Below are positions 10,884-22,544 of a stretch of DNA of 64,000 nt, one piece after another. The notes under the pieces were generated by a model that worked only from the letters and a program-made list of their open reading frames with translations, did not search any database and was not told the DNA's origin. The DNA comes from an uncultured Gemmatimonadales bacterium (lineage in GTDB: Bacteria; Gemmatimonadota; Gemmatimonadetes; Gemmatimonadales; GWC2-71-9). The DNA is taken from assembly GCA_963739455.1 (NCBI GenBank), contig CAVUAK010000003.1:352001-416000 (forward strand), read 5' to 3'. Both the position numbers and the translations under genes were made by a program. The stretch's first letter is position 1. Every line of letters begins with the position of its first letter.

Positions 10884-12431
10884 ATGAAGACACGCTCTCT
10901 CCTCACATTGCTCGTCCTGTCGCTGCCGCTCGCATCACTGCGCGCCCAGACTGCTACTGCACCTGCGCCCGTCATCACGGTGGACACCGCCGGCGTCGGT
11001 GCCGTGCTCGACCAGGCGCTGAACCATTCGGAGGTCATGCAGAACCTGGCCTACCTCTCGGACATGATCGGCCCGCGGCTCAGCGGATCGCCGGCAATGA
11101 AGCGAGCCAATGAGTGGACCATGGAGCGCTTCAAGGCTTACGGGCTCACGTCGCACCTCGAGTCCTACATGTTTGGGGTGACGTGGGAGCGCGGCGACGC
11201 CTCCCTCAAGCTGGTGCAGCCGTTCCCGCACACCATCACGGCGCACAGCTGGGCCTGGACCGCCGGTACCAACGGCAAGACCCTCACCGGCGAAGTGATC
11301 CGCATCAATGGCATGCCGGGCGACAGCCTGAACGCCTACTTGCCGAAGGTGAAGGGCAAGTGGGTCATGCTGAATGATCCCGCGAGCATCTGGAATCCCG
11401 ATGGCCCGGCGATGACCGCCGCCGATTCGCAGGCAGCGAAGGAAGCGCAGGAAAAGCGTCAGGCCGCGTTCCCACGGCCGACGGACCCGAAGGCGATCCA
11501 GGAATTCCGTCAGGCAGCGTATGATCGCGCCTGGCGCCTCAAGGCGGCCGGTGCCCTCGGCGTCCTGACCGATGGCTCGAAGGAACTGGGCCTGATGAAC
11601 ATGAGCGGCTCGCCGAACTCGGTGAGCCCGCTGCCGAACCTCGTCATCTCGCATGAGGACTACGCCACGCTTGATCGCCTCATCAAGCGCGGCAACCCAC
11701 CGGTCGTCGCCGGCAATGTGACCAACACCTTGGGCACCAAGCCGGTGGAGCAGTGGAACACCATCGCCGAGATCAAGGGCAGCGAGAAGCCGGACGAGGT
11801 CGTCATCCTCGGCGCGCATCTCGACAGCTGGGACCTCGGCACCGGCGTCACCGACAACGGCACCGGGTCGATGGTCGTGCTCGAGGCCGCCCGCGCTATC
11901 GCGCAGTCGGGCGTGAAGCCAAAGCGCACCATCCGCTTCATCCTGTTCAGCGGTGAGGAGGAGGGCTTGCTGGGTTCCGCTGCCTACGCGGCGCAGCACG
12001 CTGCCGAGGCCGACAAGATTCAGGCGGTGCTGGTGCTCGACAACGGGACCGGCATGATCACGGGGCAGGCACTGCAGGGGCGGCCGGAGTTCCAGCAGTT
12101 GTGGACCGACCTCCTGGCGCCGGTCACCTCACTGGGCGCCAAGACGGTGCGCGATGCCAACAAGGGCGGCACCGATCACCTGTCGTTCATTCCGTATGGC
12201 GTGCCCGGGTTCAACTTCGACCAGGAAACCCGCGGCTACAATCACACGCACCACTCGCAGGTGGATACCTACGATCATGCGGTCCCGGGTGACCTGATCC
12301 AGGCATCGGCGGTGATGGCGGTGACGGCGCTTCAGCTGGCGAACCTGCAGGACCTGCTGGCGCGTGGACCGAAGAAGGATGTGACGCCGCCGGCGCCGAT
12401 GAAGCCGTCGCCGGGAGTAGCGATGAAGTAG
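10884..12431 (+). CDS. secreted M28 family metallopeptidase (carboxypeptidase Q-like)
   Basis: Signal peptide; IGPRLSGS, GAHLDSWD, TDNGTG, GEEEGLLGS, GTDH, HHSQVDT. Confidence 0.9.
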   Translation: MKTRSLLTLLVLSLPLASLRAQTATAPAPVITVDTAGVGAVLDQALNHSEVMQNLAYLSDMIGPRLSGSPAMKRANEWTMERFKAYGLTSHLESYMFGVTWERGDASLKLVQPFPHTITAHSWAWTAGTNGKTLTGEVIRINGMPGDSLNAYLPKVKGKWVMLNDPASIWNPDGPAMTAADSQAAKEAQEKRQAAFPRPTDPKAIQEFRQAAYDRAWRLKAAGALGVLTDGSKELGLMNMSGSPNSVSPLPNLVISHEDYATLDRLIKRGNPPVVAGNVTNTLGTKPVEQWNTIAEIKGSEKPDEVVILGAHLDSWDLGTGVTDNGTGSMVVLEAARAIAQSGVKPKRTIRFILFSGEEEGLLGSAAYAAQHAAEADKIQAVLVLDNGTGMITGQALQGRPEFQQLWTDLLAPVTSLGAKTVRDANKGGTDHLSFIPYGVPGFNFDQETRGYNHTHHSQVDTYDHAVPGDLIQASAVMAVTALQLANLQDLLARGPKKDVTPPAPMKPSPGVAMK

Positions 12432-12573
12432 CTAGTTCGTCTCGCCGGTGACGCCGGCGAGCTTCTTCTTGACCTTCGCGACCTGCGGCTGAAGCACAGG
12501 ATCTGCTTCACGCCGCAGGTCGATGTATTTCTGGTAGTACTCAGCAGCTTTCGCGCGATCACCCTTGTCGGCG
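12420..12573. repeat. copy 1 of ~155-bp imperfect direct repeat (peptidase 3' end plus orphan kinase-TPR 3' end)
   Basis: Aligns to 13587-13743 with 11 substitutions and one 3-nt indel. Confidence 0.9.
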
Positions 12574-12585
12574 CTGAGGTTGGCG

Positions 12586-13560
12586 CTAGGGACCCAGCGC
12601 CACCACCGACACGAGCACGAGCGCCATGCCGGGCTGGGCCGTCAGCAGGTACTCGATGGTGTTCGGCTCGGTGTAGGGCGCGGCGGGAATCCGAATGGCC
12701 ACGGTCGCGGGCTGCGTGGGATCGGCCGCCATCACCGCCCGCGTGACATTCGAGGAAGCGGTGATCCACTCGTTGCCGACATAGAGCTCGTCCGTGGTCC
12801 AGGTCGCCGCGGTGTCGGTGCCCGCCACCGTGACGGGCTGCTCCAGGTGGACAACCCACTTGGCATCGAAGGGCAGGCCCGTCGGCACCCGGGGCACCAC
12901 GAGGCGCGGCACCCGGTCCACGAGCCGGCCGGTCTGCTTCGCGATGAGCATGGCCGCCGTCTCTGGAGTGACGGACACGCCGCTCTGCCAGCCGAGTGGG
13001 AGTCCCCGCCAGAGGAACTCGTCGCCGCGCGGCCCGAACGCCGGCGACCCAAAGACGCCCACGCTGTCCAGCGAGAGGTTGGTCGCATAGGCCGCGACCG
13101 CGATGGCGATCGTCGGCGTGCGACCGCGGCAGAAGGTCACGATCCAGCGCGGCCCGAAGAGCCAGTGGGCATAGGGCAGCACTGTGGCAGGGACCACCGC
13201 ATTGGGCTGCTCGGCCCAGACCTGGCCACACACGCTGAGGTTGGAGAGCGGCACGTGCCGCTGGGCCGTCTCATCCAGGAAGCCCTGCACCATGGGCATC
13301 AGGATGGTACTCGCCCAGACGGCGAGTGCCTGGGTCTCCTCCCGACCAAGATGGGGATTGGTATCGACCACCTCCGGAAGGAGGAAATGCCCGTCGGCGT
13401 CGATCTGCGCTGCCAGCTCGGGTGTGACGGCCGCCAGGAGCGCCGCACGCGGATCCACGGGGTCAGCCGTGTCGGAGCAGCCCGCCGCGAGGACCAGTGT
13501 TACGCCCAGCACGACAAGCAGCCGAGGCCAGCTGGGCACCACCGGTGACGATCCGTCCAC
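12586..13560 (-). CDS. hypothetical lipoprotein
   Basis: Hydrophobic signal followed by lipobox LAAGC; 324-aa open frame; no family recognised; start uncertain. Confidence 0.6.
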   Translation of the reverse strand: MDGSSPVVPSWPRLLVVLGVTLVLAAGCSDTADPVDPRAALLAAVTPELAAQIDADGHFLLPEVVDTNPHLGREETQALAVWASTILMPMVQGFLDETAQRHVPLSNLSVCGQVWAEQPNAVVPATVLPYAHWLFGPRWIVTFCRGRTPTIAIAVAAYATNLSLDSVGVFGSPAFGPRGDEFLWRGLPLGWQSGVSVTPETAAMLIAKQTGRLVDRVPRLVVPRVPTGLPFDAKWVVHLEQPVTVAGTDTAATWTTDELYVGNEWITASSNVTRAVMAADPTQPATVAIRIPAAPYTEPNTIEYLLTAQPGMALVLVSVVALGP

Positions 13561-13586
13561 AGAAGAGTCTTTCCGTGCGGGGTGTC

Positions 13587-13743
13587 GCGATGAAGTAGCG
13601 GTTACTTCGTCTCGCCGGTGACACCGGCGAGCTTCTTCTTGACCTCCGCGACCTGCGGCTGAAGCACAGCATCTGCTTCACGCCGCAGGTCGATGTATTT
13701 CTGGTAGTAGTCAGCCGCCTTCGCCCGGTCGCCCTTCTCGGCG
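13587..13743. repeat. copy 2 of ~155-bp imperfect direct repeat (contains the functional 3' end of the kinase-TPR gene)
   Basis: Matches 12420-12573. Confidence 0.9.
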
Positions 13744-16500
13744 GCGATGTCACCCTGCCGCACCAGCAGCGCCGGCATCTCGCGCCAGTCTGTGTTCAAT
13801 CGCGCGCGGCTCGTGCTGGTCAGGTAGCGATCGCCCCAGAAGGAGGCCGAGTCGGTGTTGCCGGCTGCATCGAAGGCTCGCGCCATCGCTGCGGCAAAGC
13901 AGGGAAAGCAGGTGGCGTTGTTCGCAAAGCTTTCCCGGAACCGCGCAATTGCCTCAGTGGGCTTACCCTCGAGCAAGGCAATCTCCCCGAGCGCGGCGGC
14001 GCGCGTCTCTACGGCATCGCGCAGCTGGATGGAGTCGAGGGCACTGGCCTCCTCGCTGAGAAGGCTGCGCGCGCGGGTGGCATCACCCAGGCGAGCGTAC
14101 CGGGCCGCGAGGTCGGTGTAGGGTCGTTCGGCCGGGAGCGCGGACTTGAACGGGCCAGCGGCGATGGCCGAATCCAGGAGCGTACGGCCGGTTCGGGGGT
14201 CACCGGTACGCATCGCCTCCACTTCGGCCAGGACGCCCGCAGCACGGTAGTAGTCCGGTGCCCGGCCTCGCGTCGCTTCGAAGCTCAGCGCCTGCCGGCC
14301 CAGCTCGTTCGACTCTCGCAGGTGGCCCTCGAGCGCCGGCGCCCGGCTCGCGAAGGTGAGCGCGAGTGAGCGGAGCATCGGAGGGGTTTGCGCATCCTGA
14401 CCAATCTGCAGCGCCAGTCGTTTCGCGTCGGCTCGCCTTCCCTCGGAATAGGTGACCATGACGTCGGTACTCTGGAGCGAGCGGTCGGCGGGATAGCGCG
14501 CGAGGCCCTCCACTACCATGGCCCGCGCCGAGTCTATCTGGTCGGCATCGAGCCACGACATCGCGGCATTCCGGTATCTGCCGGGCCCGAGAGCGCTGCC
14601 GGAATCGTGGACGACGCGGCTCATCATGATGGCAGCATCACGGTACTGGCCCTGATCCTCCAGGAGGATCGACAGGTTGTTGTTGGCCGTGGCATCGAGG
14701 GAATCGATCTCCAGCACCGAGCGGTAGGCCGCGATGGCGCGCGGTGTATCGAATACCGCCGACGTGTAGTAGCTGCCGTCAGTGAGGTATCGCTCCAACT
14801 CCGTGAGCCGGTCCCGGTGGGCGAAGGCCTGGCGCAGCGGCTCCACCGCCTGGGCCCTGTCACCAATGTTGCTATACGCGACACCCATCTTGCGCCACGC
14901 CATGGCGAACGCCGTGTCGATGGTCACCGCTTCCTTCAACAGGACGATGGCGCGCTCGTAGTCCTCGCGCTCGAAGGAATTCTGCGCCTGGGTGTACTTC
15001 TGCAGCGCCAGCATCGAGGCCGTCGTCACCTGCTGCATCGGCGGGCTGGCTCGCACGTTCTTGAGCGACTCGCCGATGCGCCGCCGCAGTTCCTTGGAGG
15101 CCCGGTCGAGCGCGGGGAGCAATTCGTTCTGGCTGGCGGCAGTTTCGCGGAACGCCGCCAGGTCGTCGCCCGACTCGGCGGAGATGAGCCGCAAGGTCAC
15201 GACGTACTGTCCCGCCACCGGTTCGGCTCGTCCTACCACTACCGCCTTGGCCCCGGTCCGGATCGCAACCTCACGCGCCACGACGGCATCGGGATCCGAC
15301 TCGACGGGGCGCCGCATCATCGTCAGCGCGCTTTTCACCTGCGACGTCGGCACCAGAGTCAGCACGCCCGACTGCCCGAGATCGATGCGCAACGCCTCGG
15401 TGAGGGCGCCACTCATCCCGGAATCGCCCACCACATCAACTCGTGCCAGCATCACCGCGTCGCGAGAAGTGAACTTTCCTTCGGCGACCAGTGAGCGTGG
15501 GCCCAGCACCCCAGTGCCCCAGAGTCCGGCGAGCACCACGACCAGCGCCGCCGCCCCAGCGGCAAACGGAACCCAGCGCGGGCGCCCCTTCGTGGCGAAC
15601 GATCCGCTCGCGAGAGTGCCCGGCTGCGGAGTCGGGCTGCACGACCTGTTCGAGTTGCCGCAGCAGGTCGCTTGCGCTCACGGGGCGGCCTGCGGGGTCC
15701 TTGGCGAGACAGCGGCGAACGAGTGGCGCCAGCGCAGGAGGCAGGTCACTGCGGAGTGTGTCGAGCGACGGCGCTTCCTGCGTGAGGTGCGCGGCGAGAA
15801 CTGACTGTGCGGTCGGTCCGGTGAAGGGCGCCTTTCCGCCGAGCATCTCGTGCACCGTGGCACCAAGCGCGTAGATGTCGGCCGCCGGGCCGACGTTCGG
15901 GTCGCCGGTGACCTGCTCGGGCGACATGTAGGCCGGCGTACCAATCACCATCCCGACGCTTGTGGCCGTCAGCGCTGGGTCCGTCGAGTTGGCGGAACTC
16001 AGCGCCTTCGCCACACCGAAGTCGGCCACCTCGGCGTGACCACCCGAGAGCAGGATGTTGTCGGGCTTGATGTCACGATGAACCACGCCCTGGCCATGAG
16101 CGTAGGCCAGCGCGTCCGTGACTTCGCGGAAGATGCGCAGCGCTTCGGCGGGCTGGAGCTTGCCGTCACGAGCCAGGCGGGCGCGGAGCGACTCACCATC
16201 CACCAGCGGCATGGTGTAGTAGAGCAGCGTCTGGTCGCCGTCGAGCTTCACCTCACCGGCGGCGAGCAGTGGCACGATGTGCGGGTGGTGCAGCCGTGCG
16301 GCGAGCTGGATTTCCCGGCGGAAGCGGTCGGCGCTCACGCCGGCCGCGAGTTCCGGCGCCAGGAACTTGATCACCACTTTTCGGTTGAGCGCCGTCTCCG
16401 TTGCCACGAAGACGCGACTCATCCCGCCTCCCCCAAGCTCACGCTCGAGTCGGTAGGCGTCTCCCAGCGCTGCCTGTATCTGGGTCTGGAGGTCGCTCAA
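13602..16500 (-). CDS. membrane-anchored Ser/Thr protein kinase with extracytoplasmic TPR region (frameshift near 15590)
   Basis: [39 protein letters not shown] segment; TPR-like FAMAWRKMG...Y.N.G in the downstream frame. Confidence 0.85.
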
Positions 16501-19380
16501 TGCTCCCCCACGACCTTCGCCAGCTTCTTCTTCGCGTCCGCCACCTGAGGCTGCAGGTCGGCATCGGCGTCGCGCCAGAGGTCGACGAACTTCTGGTAAT
16601 AGCTCGCGGCCTTGGTCGGGTCACCCTTCTCCTCGTACAACTCACCGAGTCGGCGGTACGTGGGCCCGAGGGACATTACATCTTCGTACGCCCTGTTTTC
16701 CTCGGCACTGGCCAGGTATCGCTCACTCCATGCGATCGCTGAATCCGGTTGCCCCGTCGCGTCGAAGGCCCTGCCTATGGCAGCGGTAAGACACGAGCGA
16801 CAACCCGACAGCCGCGGATCGATCTTCTGGTATTCCTTCAGCGCATCGGCTGGCCGCTTCTCTGCCATCGCGATCGTCGCGAGGATGTAGGTCCTGAACG
16901 GCACTGACGCACGAGCCTCGGTCGTATCCGCGGTGGCTGCCGACTCGGCCATCAACGCACGCGCCTTCGCTACATCGCCAAGCATGGCGTAGGTCCAGGC
17001 AAGCGTCAGGTAAGGCCGCTGATTCGCCGGGATGCCCGCAAGCGGCCGTGCCGCCAGGACGGAGTCGATGAGCCGCTTTCCGCGCGCGGGATCATTGCGG
17101 TAAACGGCGTCCTGTACCGCCAGGTCGCTGAAGGGGGAATACGCTTCTTCTGGCCGCCCCTCGCTGATGGCCAGGTCCACCACGTTTCGCGCGTCATTCG
17201 TCGCCTGATCCAGGCGCCCTTGCAGCGACGCGAGCGACTGGCCGGCGTACAGGCCAAAGCGGCGAAGCTCAGCCGGCACGTTCTGGTCCTGCAGGCCACG
17301 TGCGAGCTTTTCGGCGTCGGCGAAGTTGCCCTGCGCGTAGGCGATGTAGGGCGCGCTCAGCCGGAGACGCATATGCGCCGGGAATCGTGTTTCGGCGAAC
17401 GCTCTCAGCGCGGCGGCGCTATCCGTCTTGCCCGCGGCGATCAAGGCAAGAATGAGGTTGGAATAGCCCACGACACTCGAGTCGCGCGCGGTCAGCGCGC
17501 GGCCGTAGTACTCGAGCGCGCCGAGCGAGTCGCCCTGCTGCTGCAGCGCGACGGCGAGGTTGTTCGTGGCAACGACGTCCATGGAGTCGATGGCGAGCGC
17601 CGAACGCCACGCCGCCGCAGCCTTGTCGTTGTCCAGCCCAACGGTGCTGTAGTAGCTCCCTTCGGCCAGGTAGCGCTCCCGGTCCGGAAGGCGGTCCCGG
17701 AACTGGAACGCTCGCGTGAGCGGCTTCTTTGCTGCCTCGGAGTTGCCTTGGTTGGTGTACACCACTCCGAGCTTGCGCCAAGCCATGGCAAAGCCGGAAT
17801 CGATGGCGAGGGCGTCCGTGAGGAGCTGCTGCGCCTGGGGATAGTCACCCCGATCGGTGGCGGCCACAGCCTGCGAGTACTTCTGCAGCGCCACCAGGGA
17901 AGACGTCGTGACCGCCTCCATCGGCTGGCTCGCGCGCACCTTGCCCAGTGATTCTCCTATCCGGCGGCGCATCTGCTTGGTGACGGCGTCGAGGGCGCTC
18001 AGCAACTGGGTCGAATCCTTCGCGGTTTCGCGGAAGGCCGCGAGGTCGTCACCCGATTCCGGTTCCACCAGCCGGAGGGTGACGATCATCTGCCCTCCCA
18101 CCCGCTCGACTCGACCCGCGATGACGCCCTTCGCACCACTGCGCACTGCCACCTCGCGCGCCGGCGTGAAGCCGAGGGCGCGATCCTCTGGTTGCTGCAT
18201 CAGCCGGAGAGTCGACCGGATCTGTGAGGACGAGAGCAGTTGCAGCACGTCCGACTGCGAGAGGTCGACCCGCAGTGCCTCGGTCAGTGCACTGCCAAGT
18301 GCCGAGTCACCCGAGACATCCACGTCGGCCAATACGACCCGGTCACGCGAACCGAACTTGCCCTCCGACACGCAGTGTGCGCGTCGGGAGGAGACCCGCC
18401 GCACTCAAGCCGAGCACCAGCGCACCGAGTACGGCTGCGCCGATCAAGCCCATCTTGAGCCCGCTCATCCGCTTGGGGCGAAGGGCCATGGGCGGGGAGA
18501 TGAGTGTCCCGGGTGCTGGCGTCCCGACTTGCTCCAGCAGCCCGAGCAGTTCGGCCGCGGAGGGCCGGTCGCCAGGCTCCTTCGCGAGGAGGCGCTTCAC
18601 CAGCGGGGGCAGGGCGGGCGACAGGTCCTGCCGGATGGTGTCGAGCGCCGGTGCTTCACTGGTGAGCTGGGCCGCGAGGATTGCCCGCGGGGTGACGCCC
18701 TTGAACGGCGTCTGACCCGTCAGCATCTCGAAGCCGGTGACACCCAGCGCGTAGATGTCCGCCGCCGGTCCAACATCGGGATCGCCGGCGCCCTGTTCCG
18801 GCGCCATGTAGGCCGGCGTGCCGATCACGGTGCCGACGCTCGTGGCCGTGGCGTTCACGTCCATCGACGTGGCAGTGCTCAATGCCTTGGCCACGCCGAA
18901 GTCGGTGACGACGGCGTGACCATTGGAGAGCAGGATGTTGTCGGGCTTGATGTCGCGATGAACGATGTTCTGCCGATGGGCGTAGTTCAGGGCATCGGCC
19001 ACTTCCCGCATGACCCGCATCGCCTCGACCGAGGGCAGGGGACCCTTCGACAGCCGCGAACGCAGTGACTCGCCTTCCACGAAGGGCATCGTGAAGTAGA
19101 GCAGGGAGGTGTTCGAGCCCTCGAGCTTTACTTCACCGGCGGCCAGGAGCGGCACGATATGCGGGTGCTGCAGCCGCGCCGCCATCTGGATCTCGCGGCG
19201 GAATCGGTCGGCACTGATCCCCACGCCCAGTTCCGGCGACAGCAGCTTGATCACCACCCGGCGGCCCAGCGCCGTTTCCGTCGCCACGAAGACCCGGCTC
19301 ATCCCGCCGCCACCGAGCTCGCGCTCGATCCGGTAGGTGCCGCCTAGTGCTGCCTGCAGTTGCTCCTGGAGGTCACTCAC
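16497..19380 (-). CDS. paralogous Ser/Thr kinase-TM-TPR protein (frameshift near 18380)
   Basis: Same kinase motifs ([21 protein letters not shown]), TM helix, TPR region with similar C-terminus ([25 protein letters not shown]). Confidence 0.85.
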
Positions 19381-19764
19381 TTCGGGAGCGTCACCGTGCA
19401 GGTGGTGTCGAACCCACCCCGCGTGTTGTAGACGGTCGTCACCGCCAGCTTCTGCGGCGCCAGCAGGCGGAAGAGGTCCTCAGCCAGCCTGGCGGTGGCG
19501 TGCTCCTGGAAGATGCCGACACTCCGGTAGCTCGTGATGTAGTACTTGAGGCTCTTGAGCTCGACGCAGCTATCGTGAAGGGACATAGCTGATGCGCAGC
19601 AGCGCGAAGTCCGGCAGTCCGCTGTAGGGGCAGACCGCGCTGAACTCGCGGGTTTCGGTGACGATTTCCTGGTCCGGCCCCTCATAGGGGAACGTCTCGA
19701 GGACGGCGACGTCGATCGCCTCGGGGCCGGTAAACGGGACGGTCCTGCCTTCGGCGATTGCCAT
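19377..19764 (-). CDS. queF: NADPH-dependent preQ0 reductase, type I (frameshift near 19575)
   Basis: [15 protein letters not shown], then in the shifted frame [17 protein letters not shown] and RGG. Confidence 0.9.
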
Positions 19765-19827
19765 TGGTGCATTCCGGTGGATGAGATCCGCCGGAATATA
19801 GTGTCACCGACCAGCGTTGCCGGGGGG

Positions 19828-21701
19828 TCAGGCCCCCCGGGTACCGACCATCCCCTGCTCGAGCCAGGTGTACCCGCCGTCGAGCACTTTCCTCGCGATG
19901 GCATACGTCGCCACGTCGTCGTTGCTCCACACCGCCGCAAACTTCTCGTCCACCCGCCGCCGGGCCTGCTGACAGAAGACGTCGGCCAGTTCCACGGCGT
20001 CTCCTGCCGACTTCCTGCCGCCTTGCCACTTCCTGCCGCGCGCGAGCACGTCGCCGCCATCGCAAACAGTTCCGCCCCGATCTCCACGATCCGCCCCAGC
20101 ACCGCCTGGCGCTTCTCCAGCCTCGGGCCGAACCGCACCATGCAGTGGAAGATCGTCCGCGCCAGCTTCCGGCTGCTTCGCTCCACGAAGCGCATGTGAG
20201 TGGCGAGTGTCCCGAACTCGCCGAAACCGAGGCGGCCACGAAGGCCGAGCCACAGCCGCGGGTACCAGGTGCCGTAGAACAGAGCGGACTTGAGCAGGGC
20301 GTTCAGCTTGGCCTTCATCGGCGCCTTCGGGTCGATCAGGGCGCCCGCGATCTTGAAGTGGGTGTCCACCGCCTCGCGGGCGATGAACAGCCGCATGATC
20401 TCGCTCGATCCCTCGAAGATCAGGTTGATGCGGAAGTCGCGCATCATCCGCTCCACCGGGTCGGGCTTCTCGCCTCGCGACCGCAGGCTGTCCGCCGTTT
20501 CGTAGCCGCGCCCGCCCTTGATCTGCAGGGTGTCGTCCACGATCCGCCAGCCGATCTCGGTGTTCCACATCTTGGCGAGCGCCGCCTCGAGGCGAATGTC
20601 CACCTTGCCCTCGTCGGCCATGAGTGACGCGAGGTCGCTCACCGCCTCCATGGCGTACGTCTCCGCGGCCATGCGCCCGATCTTCTGGGCAATCGCATCG
20701 TGCTTGCCGACCGGCTGGCCCCACTGCACCCGCGTCGACGCCCATTCGCGGCAGATCTGCAGCGCGCGCTTGGCGCCGGCCACCGAGGATGCCGGCAACG
20801 TGAGCCGGCCGGTGTTGAGGGTCACCAGCGCCAGCTTGAGGCCGCGTCCCTCACCCCAGAGGACATTTTCCCGGGGCACCTTCACGTTCGTGAACCGGAT
20901 GATCCCGTTTTCGATCCCCTTGAGCCCCATGAAGTGGAGCCGCTGCACCACCTCGACGCCGGCCCAGTCCACCTCGACAATGAACGCGGTGATCTTCTTG
21001 GGGCCGGTGCGCGCCATGACCACCATCAGCTCCGCCACCGTGCCGTTGGTGCACCAGAGCTTCTCGCCATTCAGGATCCAGTGCGACCCGTCATCCGAGA
21101 GCGTGGCTGTGGTGCTCATTGCCGCCGGGTCCGAGCCGACGTTCGACTCGGTGAGCGCAAACGCAGAAATGGCGCCCTTGGCCAGGCGGGGCAGGTACTT
21201 CTTCTTCTGCTCCGGCGTGCCGAACAGCTTGAGCGGCTGCGGCACGCCGATCGACTGTGCCGCCGACAGTAGCGCCGTGAGGCTTCCGTCCACGCTCGTC
21301 ACCAGGCCGATCGCATGAGTGTAGCTCGTCTGGCTCAGGCCCAGGCCGCCGTACTCCTCCGGGATCTTGATGCCGAACGCGCCGAGTTCACGCAGGCCCT
21401 GGATCACTTCGGCGGGGATCTTTCCCTCACGGTCGATCTTGTCACTGTCCACCCGCTCGTCCAGGAATCGCTCGAGGCGGTCCATGAACGGGCGCGCCTT
21501 GGCAATCTCCTCTGCCGATTGGACCGGGTATGGATGAATCAGGTCGAGCTGCAGCTTTCCCTCGAACAGCTGTCGCACGAAGCTCGGCTTCTCCCATTCC
21601 TTCTCCCGCGCTGCTTCGGCGACTTCACGGGCTTCCTGTTCGCTGGCCAGCGGCGCGCGCGTGACCGGCCTCGCAGGAGCCTCGGGAACGACGCTTGTCA
21701 T
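19828..21701 (-). CDS. acyl-CoA dehydrogenase, long-chain type (frameshift near 20030)
   Basis: [53 protein letters not shown]. Confidence 0.9.
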
Positions 21702-22363
21702 GATGCCTCGGAGGTGGAAATCGGGGTCAGGCGTCCGTGCATGCCGTGCAGCACCAGGTCGATGATGTGCTGGCGACGACTGCTGATGAACGCCGGGTCG
21801 TCGGGGTGGCCGCCCAGGCCAGGCAGGAGGGTGCGGGCGTGAATCAGGGGGAACCAGCAGAGCGCCAGAATGGAAAGAACGAGTTGCTCCGCCTCGCGAC
21901 GGTCCTCCACGCCGAAACCGAGTTCGTCCGCGATGGCGGCGACGGCTTCATGAATGGCACCGAGGTGCGGGCCGCGTTCACCAAGATGGCCACCACCCTG
22001 CAATGCTTCCCACTCGAGCAGGCGCACGAAGTACGGATGCCCTGTGATGAAGTCGAAGTACTCGCCCACCGCGCCCGCAAGGACAACCTCCGGCGGCTCG
22101 CCGCTCCGGAGTGCGCGCTCGCGCCCGCTCTTGACCGCGCCGCGCACCTGCTCGAACGAACGCTCGAGCACCGCGCGATAGAGCTCTGCCTTGCTGCGGA
22201 AGAAGTACGACGGCGTGCCCCGGGACACCCCGGCGGCCGCGCCAACCTGCTGCAGGCTCGTGCCCTCATAGCCCCGGGATGCGAACAGCCGTTCAGCGGC
22301 GTCGAGAATGGCTTCGCGACTTCTCGTCGCGTCCCGGCGGCGATCGGGCGACAGGGCTCCCAC
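21698..22363 (-). CDS. TetR/AcrR family transcriptional regulator
   Basis: [17 protein letters not shown]...VG.AAGVS.GT..YFF.SK..LY HTH; stop overlaps the acyl-CoA dehydrogenase start. Confidence 0.9.
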   Translation of the reverse strand: MGALSPDRRRDATRSREAILDAAERLFASRGYEGTSLQQVGAAAGVSRGTPSYFFRSKAELYRAVLERSFEQVRGAVKSGRERALRSGEPPEVVLAGAVGEYFDFITGHPYFVRLLEWEALQGGGHLGERGPHLGAIHEAVAAIADELGFGVEDRREAEQLVLSILALCWFPLIHARTLLPGLGGHPDDPAFISSRRQHIIDLVLHGMHGRLTPISTSEAS

Positions 22364-22544
22364 AGGTCTCCAGTTGTTGCTTGTTAACCAGCAAGTTATG
22401 TTGTTGCTGCTCAGACTGCAAGCCCGATCCGGGGCCTGCTCAATGCGGTATCACGACTGGCGACACTTTGGCCCTGTGATGGCTGGCTCGGCCAATGTAT
22501 TGTCAATCAACGACATCAGTGTCCCTGAACCGTGGAAGCGGTGC

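Noticed and set aside
12420..13743. Diversity-generating retroelement TR/VR pair
   Set aside because: Mismatches are not adenine-specific on either strand (many are G/C swaps), and there is no reverse transcriptase in the window.
19377..21701. Acyl-CoA dehydrogenase-QueF fusion (774-aa ORF)
   Set aside because: Artefact of two frameshifts; the dehydrogenase ends at 19828 in another frame and queF has its own start at 19764.
22385..22398. TetR operator TAACCAGCAAGTTA upstream of the TetR gene
   Set aside because: Only 4-bp arms; plausible but too weak to call without comparative data.
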